Source: Dehalococcoidia bacterium (GTDB taxonomy: Bacteria; Chloroflexota; Dehalococcoidia; Lucifugimonadales; JAGWBF01). Taken from it: a stretch of 64,000 nucleotides of DNA. Location: the NCBI GenBank assembly GCA_965224415.1, contig CBDCZB010000002.1, forward strand, positions 266,450 to 330,449. Direction: 5' to 3'. The notes below the pieces were generated by a model that did no database searches, was not told the DNA's origin, and was given only the letters and a program-made list of their open reading frames with translations. The first letter of the stretch is position 1. Each line of letters starts with the position of its first letter. Shown here in pieces: positions 57,042 through 64,000 of this stretch. The position numbers and the translations under genes are program-made.

Positions 57042-58142
57042 ATGCTAACGACTTATGTTCGTGACCGGGTGTACAACTACGGGTTCGCAGTGGGCTCCGG
57101 CCGGGGCGGCGGGAGGAACTTCCTTCGCCCCACGGACTTCGCCCTGGGTTCCGAGGGCGCCATATACGTAATTAGCAAGGGTTTCGAGTTCCTTCCTCTC
57201 CAGGGTCTGACCAAGTGCACCATGGACCATCGCTTCCTCTGGGACGATCGCGGCACCGACTTCGGGGAAGGACAATGCCCGATGCCCGCTTCCATCGCAG
57301 TGGACAGCCAGGAAACGATCTACGTTTGCGACGACTACACCAACCGCATCTTCAAATGGGACACAGACGGCAACTACCTGGGAAGCTGGGACCCTGCTCC
57401 CTCGGTGGAAGGGACCCCACAAGACAACGTGATCCCCATCCCTAACACCCAAGGGATTGCCTTCAACTACTACTTGAGGAAAGTGGACCCCGCCAGAGGA
57501 GCAGGGGACGGTGAACTCAACGGACCATCGGGTCTCGTGTTCGACAAGGACGACAATCTATACATAGTGGACAGCGGCAACCACCGTGTGCAGGTGTTCA
57601 CTAAGGACGGCAAGTTTCTGCACAAGTGGGGGTCCTACGGCGCCGGAGAGGGCCAGTTCAACCTGCCCTGGGGCATTGCCCTAGACAATGCCGGCGACGT
57701 ATACGTGGCCGACTGGAAGAACGACCGTGTGCAGAAGTTCACCCCCGACGGCAAGTTCCTGGCTTCCTTCGGCAAGCCGGGCGAGGAAGAAGGCGAACTC
57801 AGCCGGCCGGCCGGTGTTGCGATAGATAAGGACGGCGACGTGTACGTGGCCGAGTGGGGCGCCAACCGGCTGACAGTATTCGACTCCGAAGGGGAATATC
57901 TCACCGCCTTCCACGGGGACGCAGAAGACCTCTCCCCAGCCAATCTGGACCGGGTGAACGCCAACCCCGACTACGTGAAGGCCCGAAAGCGCGCTGACCG
58001 CTCGATAGAGTGGAAGCTCTGGATGCCGATTGCAGTGAACGTGGACGCCGAGGGGAACATCATCATTCTAGAGAACCGCACCGGCAGGATGCAGGTATAC
58101 ATCAAAGAGCGAGACTGGGTGGACCCGCAGTACAATCTCTGA
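57042..58142 (+). CDS. NHL-repeat beta-propeller protein, copy 2
   Basis: 366 aa, collinear with 26871-28010. NLYIVDSGNHRVQVFTKDGKFLHKWGSYGAGEGQFNLPWGI, DVYVADWKNDRVQKFTPDGKF. Confidence 0.8.
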   Translation: MLTTYVRDRVYNYGFAVGSGRGGGRNFLRPTDFALGSEGAIYVISKGFEFLPLQGLTKCTMDHRFLWDDRGTDFGEGQCPMPASIAVDSQETIYVCDDYTNRIFKWDTDGNYLGSWDPAPSVEGTPQDNVIPIPNTQGIAFNYYLRKVDPARGAGDGELNGPSGLVFDKDDNLYIVDSGNHRVQVFTKDGKFLHKWGSYGAGEGQFNLPWGIALDNAGDVYVADWKNDRVQKFTPDGKFLASFGKPGEEEGELSRPAGVAIDKDGDVYVAEWGANRLTVFDSEGEYLTAFHGDAEDLSPANLDRVNANPDYVKARKRADRSIEWKLWMPIAVNVDAEGNIIILENRTGRMQVYIKERDWVDPQYNL

Positions 58143-58228
58143 CGGAAGTTTCATTGGACGGGTCAAGCCCGCGGACATCTGGTTTGACCCCGTTCCAAAT
58201 ATCCGGTGAATCAAACAGCCCAATAAGA

Positions 58229-58258
58229 TTGACTCAAGGGTGAAACTTGGAGTAATAT
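58229..58258 (+). promoter_or_regulatory. candidate promoter of the SBP-3 operon
   Basis: TTGACT, 18-nt spacer, TAATAT. AGGAGG RBS before ATG 58339. Confidence 0.45.
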
Positions 58259-58338
58259 CTGCCCGTTCCTATCCTGGAAGGGAAAACCTGGGGTCTAAAC
58301 TTGAATCGACCGCAGACGAAACTTAGGAGGCGCACACC

Positions 58339-60432
58339 ATGCATGTCTTGAAGTTCCTCAGGTCTAACTGGATACTCACCGTGCCGCTCCTGTTGGTCCT
58401 GGCAGCCGCAGTCGCTTGTGGAGGAGGAGACGCCACTACCGCGCCGCCGCCCACATCCACATCGGCGCCCACTAACACACCGGCTCCGACACCCACACCG
58501 GCTCCGACAGCTACACCAGTCGACTTTCAAGCCTTGACCCAACAGATACGGGGCATCGTCGAAACAGGAATTGCGGGGATTGATATCCCAGAGGGACTGA
58601 CTCTTGAGGACGTGCAGCAAATAGTTGCCTCCGCGATTGCGACCATCCCTGAGGGACTATCCGCCGAAGACGTTCAAGCCATTGTAGCCAAGGCTATCTC
58701 CGAGATTCCGGAGGGGCTGACCGTCGGGCAGATGGAAGCGGCAATCAGGTCCGCCGTCGATCAAGGCATACAACAAGCGGTCTCTGAGGCTGTGGCCCAG
58801 ATTCCCCCAACCGCAACTCCGTTGCCAGAGTCGCTGATGATGGGCATTCTGCCTAACCAGGGCATCCTGCCTCTTCACGCGTTCATCGCGCCCCGCTTGG
58901 ACATGCCTCACATCAACGGCATCGTGACCATCTCACACTCGGCTCCATCGTACAACTCTCTCACTGAAATCAACCCCGAGACAGCCGTGCGCAACGTCGT
59001 CCGTTGCGACTTGTGCGAAAGCTGGAGCGTGGCCGACGACGGAGTGACTTACACTTTCAACCTTCACGAGGGCGCCGTATGGCACGACGGCGAGGCCGTC
59101 ACGTCCGAGGACGTAGTTCTGAGCCTTGAACTCATCAATCAGCCCGACAGGCTCGAAGGCTACGATGTTCTTAAGGAATACATCGGAGGGCGCAGGCACG
59201 ATCGGAACGTCCTCTGGTTGTACTACGACAGTTCAAGGGCTCTTGACGACTACACCGTCGAAGTGACAATCAAGCGCCCGACCCCGGCCTTCCTTCAAGC
59301 CCTGTCGTGGGACTATTTCCCCATGTACCCCGAACATGAGTTGAAACAGGGCATTCTCCCTAGCTATTCGGACGTCTCGACCCTGATAGGGTCCGGGCCT
59401 TTCAAGATCGTTCAGTACGAAAAAGACGTGCTATCGGAGCAGGAGAGAAATACAGAATACTTCAAAGAGGGAAAACCCTATTTCGACGGATTGATCCACC
59501 ATGTCATCCGGGGCAAGAACCGGGTGGTGGCGGCCTACACGACGGGACAGGTGCTGATGCCCAACTCCGTCGTCAACCAACTGAGTCCCAGAGACGCCAA
59601 GGAATTTGAAGACCAGCTCAGAGGGCAATCAACATTCCACTGGACGGAGGGGTATCCCGCAGCCTGGGGCGTAATGCTGAACGTTGAGAGGGCGCCTTTC
59701 GACAACCCCGACGTCAGGCAGGCAGTGGGTCTCGCTCTGTACCGGCAGCCAATAGTAGAGACCTTCGGCGGGGTCAACCCGATAGGGACGCCCCTGCCCA
59801 CGGGCTTCTCATGGAGCTACACCTTGGAGGAAGGCCTCCAGATGCGTGGCATACGAGAGGACTCCCCGGGCGTGAAGTCCGCAGCCGACATCGCCGAAGC
59901 ACAACGACTGACAGTGGAGGCCGGCGCCGGACCGGGAACCAAAGTGACACTCCTATGCGGCCTAACATCGGAGGTCTGCGACCTTGCGGTGCTGGTCAAA
60001 GAGCAACTTGGCGAAACGCTGGGCTGGGACATCACCATCAACCAGCAAGAGTCCCGGGTGGCCTCAGAGGCTCGCGAGACCAGAAACTACCAATTTTCCA
60101 TCGCCTCCGGCGGTGTGCTGAACTACGACCCTGACGGCGCGGCCCTTTTCTTCCGGAAAGGGACTGGACGCTACTACGTGCAATCTGGTCATGAAGACGC
60201 CGAGTTAGAGCGTATATGGGAGGGCGTGACTACAGAGACTGACTCGGCCGTCAGAAAGGCTTTGATACTAGAAGCCAACAACGCCCTCATCGACAGAGGC
60301 GCTCTTCACATAATTTATTACCAGGTGTTCACGTGGATAGTGGACAACAGGATCCAAAACTTCAACCTTGCCCCTGCGTTCCTGACCCACATGAAGCACG
60401 AGCACTTGTGGTGTGACCCCCGGTGCACCTAA
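58339..60432 (+). CDS. ABC transporter substrate-binding lipoprotein, family 5 type, with N-terminal repeat module, SBP-3
   Basis: Lipobox LVLAAAVAC, P/T linker, three IPEGL repeats, then DLCESWSVADDGVTYTFNLHEGAVWHDGEAVTSED. Confidence 0.85.
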   Translation: MHVLKFLRSNWILTVPLLLVLAAAVACGGGDATTAPPPTSTSAPTNTPAPTPTPAPTATPVDFQALTQQIRGIVETGIAGIDIPEGLTLEDVQQIVASAIATIPEGLSAEDVQAIVAKAISEIPEGLTVGQMEAAIRSAVDQGIQQAVSEAVAQIPPTATPLPESLMMGILPNQGILPLHAFIAPRLDMPHINGIVTISHSAPSYNSLTEINPETAVRNVVRCDLCESWSVADDGVTYTFNLHEGAVWHDGEAVTSEDVVLSLELINQPDRLEGYDVLKEYIGGRRHDRNVLWLYYDSSRALDDYTVEVTIKRPTPAFLQALSWDYFPMYPEHELKQGILPSYSDVSTLIGSGPFKIVQYEKDVLSEQERNTEYFKEGKPYFDGLIHHVIRGKNRVVAAYTTGQVLMPNSVVNQLSPRDAKEFEDQLRGQSTFHWTEGYPAAWGVMLNVERAPFDNPDVRQAVGLALYRQPIVETFGGVNPIGTPLPTGFSWSYTLEEGLQMRGIREDSPGVKSAADIAEAQRLTVEAGAGPGTKVTLLCGLTSEVCDLAVLVKEQLGETLGWDITINQQESRVASEARETRNYQFSIASGGVLNYDPDGAALFFRKGTGRYYVQSGHEDAELERIWEGVTTETDSAVRKALILEANNALIDRGALHIIYYQVFTWIVDNRIQNFNLAPAFLTHMKHEHLWCDPRCT
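58585..58758 (+). repeat. three 60-bp (20-aa) tandem repeats IPEGL(T/S)xEDVQxIVAxAIxx
   Basis: IPEGLTLEDVQQIVASAIAT / IPEGLSAEDVQAIVAKAISE / IPEGLTVGQMEAAIRSAVDQ. Confidence 0.8.
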
Positions 60433-60519
60433 CCTTGAAAGGTCGGACACGGCAACGTGGAAATAGGTGACCACACCACCGTAAGCACACAAGCGCTGAT
60501 ATAGTTGCGAGAACTTGAC

Positions 60520-60567
60520 ATAGCCCCCACGGCGGCCTTGGCGCTCCTGCGCCGCCGTGGGGGCTAT
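60520..60567 (+). terminator. 17-bp perfect hairpin between the SBP-3 and permease genes (attenuator/stabiliser candidate)
   Basis: ATAGCCCCCACGGCGGC / GCCGCCGTGGGGGCTAT with a 14-nt loop. No U-tract. Confidence 0.45.
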
Positions 60568-60676
60568 AGAGAACATGAGTAGCGCGGCGCCCCTGAGCCC
60601 TGGGGGCCGACTCTCCAGATTCGATAGCCGAAGCTAGGATAATACCGACAATCCCGGCTTTAGGGGTGGAAACCAG

Positions 60677-61636
60677 ATGCGTGGGTACGTAGCCAAAAGG
60701 ATCCTCCTCTTCATCCCGACCCTTTTTTTGGTCACGGCCTTGGTTTTTCTTTTGCTCCGTATCATTCCGGGGGACCCGGCCAGGTTGCTGCTGTCCGGAG
60801 AAGAGGGGCTCCAGGAGTACACCGACGAAGACCTCATCGCTTTGCAGGCGGAGTTGGGCACAGACAAGCCCTTGGTCCAGCAGTACGGTGTGTGGGTGTG
60901 GGGTCTGGTCCGCTTTGATTTCGGTGAGTCCATCTACTACTCTGCCCCAGTCTGGGATGACATCAAGGTCAGATTCCCCATCAACGTCGAACTCACAGTC
61001 ATTGCATTGCTGATGTCGTTTGCCGTAGCCATCCCCCTGGGAGTGGTGTCCGCCTTGAACCAAGACAGGCCGGTGGACTATGCCAGCCGGGTCATCACCA
61101 TAATAGGCATCGCCCTGCCCAACTTCTGGGTGGCCATCATGCTGCTCTACGTTCTGTCCGCCTATTTCGATTGGCTCCCTCCACTAGCCTATGTCGATTT
61201 TCAGGACGGGCCGTGGGAAAATCTACAGCAGATGTTTTTCCCGGCTCTGGCCCTCGCCGCGTCCCATACGGCCTTCGTCGCCAGGATCACCCGTTCGGCG
61301 ACCCTGGAGGTGTTTCGGGAAGACTATATCCGTACGGCCCGCTCCAAAGGGCTGGCCGAGACAGTCGTTATCACCCGACACGCTCTCAAGAACGCAATGC
61401 TGCCCGTCATCACGGTTTTGGCCTATGAGTTCGGGCGTCTCATGGGAGGGACCGTAGTAATCGAGAGTGTCTTTGGCATACCCGGCCTGGGCGCCCTGCT
61501 CATCACTTCCATCACCAACAGAGACTACCCCGCGATTCAGGGAATTGTGGTGGTGATAACTGTTTTGGTGCTTGTGCTTAACGTTGTCACGGACCTAGTC
61601 TACGCATGGCTGAATCCCAGGATTCGGTACGCATAA
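60677..61636 (+). CDS. ABC transporter permease, DppB/OppB-like
   Basis: MRGYVAKRILLFIPTLFLVTALVFLLLRIIPGDPA, EDYIRTARSKGL, NPRIRYA. Close paralog of 34031-34990. Confidence 0.9.
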   Translation: MRGYVAKRILLFIPTLFLVTALVFLLLRIIPGDPARLLLSGEEGLQEYTDEDLIALQAELGTDKPLVQQYGVWVWGLVRFDFGESIYYSAPVWDDIKVRFPINVELTVIALLMSFAVAIPLGVVSALNQDRPVDYASRVITIIGIALPNFWVAIMLLYVLSAYFDWLPPLAYVDFQDGPWENLQQMFFPALALAASHTAFVARITRSATLEVFREDYIRTARSKGLAETVVITRHALKNAMLPVITVLAYEFGRLMGGTVVIESVFGIPGLGALLITSITNRDYPAIQGIVVVITVLVLVLNVVTDLVYAWLNPRIRYA

Positions 61637-61660
61637 CCCAGGTCAAGCTGCGAGAGAGAA

Positions 61661-62578
61661 ATGAGTCAAGAGACAGGAATTCCTGCAGCTAGCTTCCCTG
61701 AGGCGGAACTGGTCGGCCTCCGGCCTAAGCCAACCATCTTGCGGAACATCGCCATGTTCTACAGGAAAAGAACTCTAGGGGCCCTCGGGGCCACAGTGGC
61801 GCTCCTGCTAATTGTGGTCGCTATCTTCGCCCCATTCATCAAGACCCATAGCGAGTACAAATCCAACTTTGAACGTGTGTATGCCGAACCAAGCAAGGAT
61901 ATGTTGTTCGGGGGAGACCATCTCGGCAGAGACGTGTTCAGCAGGATTGTCGTCGGTTCCCGGATATCCCTGAGGGTGGGGCTTATCAGCGCATTCGTGG
62001 GATCGGCCATCGGCCTTCTCATAGGCGTCAGCAGCGCCTATTTTGGAGGGTTGACCGACTTGTTGGTCCAGAGGATTATAGACGCAATGATATCCTTCCC
62101 AGGACTGGTGCTGGCCATAGCCATTGTGGCCGGCCTTGGGGCGTCCATCAACAACGTGATAGCCGCCTTATGCATTTTGTTCATTCCCAGCACAGCTCGG
62201 CTGATCCGGTCGCAGACGCTTGCGGTCAAAGAGATGGACTATGTGCTCGCGGCGCGTTCCGTAGGCGCCGGAGACCTACGCATAATGTGGCGCCACATAG
62301 TCCCCCAAGTGGCCGCGGTGCTTATCGTCATCATCACTTTCCAGGTGGGAGTGGCAATTATTGCCGAGGCTGCATTGAGCTTCCTGGGACTGGGCGCCGG
62401 CCCTGAAGAGCCGTCTTGGGGCGGGATGCTGCGAGGGGCGACGCAGACCGTCGTGGGAGTCGGGCCTTGGCTTGCCTTATTCCCTGGCGTGGCCATCGCC
62501 GTTGTCGTGTTCTCTTGGAACGTGCTCGGCGACGCACTCAGGGACGTGCTGGACCCGCGCCTGCGGGGAAGCAGCTAA
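61661..62578 (+). CDS. ABC transporter permease, DppC/OppC-like
   Basis: GGDHLGRDVFSRIVVGSRISL, VKEMDYVLAARSVGAG. Paralog of 33091-34002. Confidence 0.9.
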   Translation: MSQETGIPAASFPEAELVGLRPKPTILRNIAMFYRKRTLGALGATVALLLIVVAIFAPFIKTHSEYKSNFERVYAEPSKDMLFGGDHLGRDVFSRIVVGSRISLRVGLISAFVGSAIGLLIGVSSAYFGGLTDLLVQRIIDAMISFPGLVLAIAIVAGLGASINNVIAALCILFIPSTARLIRSQTLAVKEMDYVLAARSVGAGDLRIMWRHIVPQVAAVLIVIITFQVGVAIIAEAALSFLGLGAGPEEPSWGGMLRGATQTVVGVGPWLALFPGVAIAVVVFSWNVLGDALRDVLDPRLRGSS

Positions 62579-62776
62579 AGGCCGCCTGCCCAAACCGTCC
62601 CTTCACGGCACACCCAAACGTCGGGCATAGTCCGACCCTTCCTTGTTGCCTACCAGCCCCTGTACTATCCTGGTGAAACGGCGCTGGCTTGACCGTCGGC
62701 GGACGATTCCTGTCTTGGAGGACTTGAGATAGACCCATCTACGGGGACCGAACAGACCCATGAAGGACAGGTGCGG

Positions 62777-64000
62777 ATGTGCCCCGTCTGCGGCCACATC
62801 AACGCCGGCGCTGAAGTCCAAAGCTGCACCCATTGTTGGGCCCGTTTGGGGGAAGTGGCCCCGGTTGGATCGGAGGAAGGGGCCGTCCTGTCGCGGCTGT
62901 TTCACCGGAGAATTTTCCGACAACGGATGGTCAGATGGGCATTCTTGCTGGCAGCCGCCACGGGTTTCACTGTGTGGGGCGTTCTGGTGTTCTTCGAACT
63001 GGGGCCCATCCCGCCGCCTCCCGTCTCCAATATCAACACCGACACCGGCCTCAATGCCTGGGCCGAGGTCAGGCACGACCCCCAGAACACGGCATTTAGT
63101 CCCGAACAGGCGCCCACACCCAACACGATACTCTGGACGTACCAGACCTCCGCCGCCCTCTCCGGGGCGCCGGCTGCGGCCGGAGGGATAGTCTACCTCG
63201 CCGCCAACGACGGAACGATAGCGGCCTTGGACGGAAGGACAGGCGAGGCGGTATGGGAACACCGCAGCGAATTGCCCGCCGGTTCGGGGTCCACGCCAGC
63301 TGTGACCAACGACCTGGTCATCGTTACAATGCGCGTCGGAGTGGTCATAGCGCTGGACAGGGCCACCGGTGAACCTGTCTGGGAGACCGACCTCAGGCCC
63401 TACAGGGCGCCGTTGAGGGGCCCTCCGTCAGTGGTCAACGGCACCGTATACGTGGGCGCCGCTAACCACACGCTGTACGCTCTGGACGCCTCCAACGGGA
63501 GCCTCAGATGGTCCTTCGAGACCCGGGGTTGGGTCATTGACCCTGTGGCCTACGCCGATGACACCGTGTTGGTGGCATCTAGAGACGGATTGCTCCACGT
63601 CCTGGACACCAACACAGGTCGGAAGCGCTTCGTCTACGACGGGGGCTTCAGCGTTTACGGCGGTGCCGCAGTGGAGGGCGACCTAGCCTACTTAGCGGCC
63701 TTTCCCAGCGCGATATACGCCATTGATCGCCACGCCATCACCTATCCCTTCGAGCGCGCCTTCTGGGCATGGCAGGTCCAGTTCTGGCACTGGGGCTTCA
63801 TCAACGGCTACCCGGACCAGAAAGGCTCCGTCTGGATAACGGACGTGCGGGGTGACCTGACGGGCGCCCCGGCTGTGGCCCACGGAAACGTCTACTTTGC
63901 CGTGGAACAGGGCAGGGCGGCTGCGCTGAACGCCGCCACCGGAGAGACGGTGTGGATCGGGAACGCTGAGCGGGAAATATCGACATCACTGACGGTGGCC
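62777..64000 (+). CDS. zinc-ribbon, TM helix, PQQ-like (BamB-type) beta-propeller protein, 3' end beyond window
   Basis: Not in the ORF track (no stop in window). My translation: MCPVCGHINAGAEVQSCTHCWARLG..., TM WAFLLAAATGFTVWGVLVFF, then repeats VYLAANDGTIAALDGRTGEAVW, VYVGAANHTLYALDASNGSLRW, VLVASRDGLLHVLDTNTGRKRF. Confidence 0.7.
   Translation, partial: MCPVCGHINAGAEVQSCTHCWARLGEVAPVGSEEGAVLSRLFHRRIFRQRMVRWAFLLAAATGFTVWGVLVFFELGPIPPPPVSNINTDTGLNAWAEVRHDPQNTAFSPEQAPTPNTILWTYQTSAALSGAPAAAGGIVYLAANDGTIAALDGRTGEAVWEHRSELPAGSGSTPAVTNDLVIVTMRVGVVIALDRATGEPVWETDLRPYRAPLRGPPSVVNGTVYVGAANHTLYALDASNGSLRWSFETRGWVIDPVAYADDTVLVASRDGLLHVLDTNTGRKRFVYDGGFSVYGGAAVEGDLAYLAAFPSAIYAIDRHAITYPFERAFWAWQVQFWHWGFINGYPDQKGSVWITDVRGDLTGAPAVAHGNVYFAVEQGRAAALNAATGETVWIGNAEREISTSLTVA

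Noticed and set aside
62603-63262. 219-aa minus-strand ORF and 143-aa plus-strand ORF (62760-63191)
   Set aside because: A third frame (from ATG 62777, open to the window end) encodes a coherent zinc-ribbon/TM/PQQ-propeller protein. The listed ORFs are Arg/Pro/Gly-rich shadows.

Overview
High-GC bacterial chromosome segment (about 60% GC by eye, not computed). P/T-rich lipoprotein linkers and many paralogous CoA-transferase, thiolase-like, LLM, amidohydrolase and cupin genes suggest a Chloroflexota-like (SAR202/Dehalococcoidia-type) organism; this is inference only. Core genes: an Asp23 stress operon, then rpoB-rpoC-pyrD (0-10.5 kb), and tRNA-Tyr, tRNA-Thr, tuf, rpmG, secE, nusG, rplK, rplA, a decayed IS, rplJ, rplL (43.6-49.7 kb). 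rpoBC is therefore uncoupled from rplKAJL. Accessory content: a cytoplasmic RdhA/QueG-like Fe-S protein; a minus-strand operon with a fused double family-III CoA-transferase and two tandem thiolase-like paralogs that seem to lack the nucleophilic Cys; a block of secreted or lipoprotein hypotheticals split by an IS630 element with an A8 slippery run; three DUF1800 genes and two cytoplasmic NHL-propeller genes forming a recurring cassette; and three peptide-type ABC importer loci (4 binding proteins, 3 permease pairs) with no ATPase gene in the window. One of these loci has an orphan TIR-like (ThsB/DUF1863-like) gene embedded in it. A 1.7-kb low-GC islet next to tRNA-Thr(UGU) is bracketed by diverged direct repeats that include the first 14 nt of the tRNA. 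Its cargo is a single PIN-like gene broken by one in-frame TAG. The candidates most worth follow-up are the DUF1800+NHL cassette, the TIR-like gene, the tRNA-associated islet, and the CoA-transferase/thiolase-like operon. No rRNA and no CRISPR array were seen. All family assignments come from reading the translated ORFs and motifs by eye; no database search was possible.
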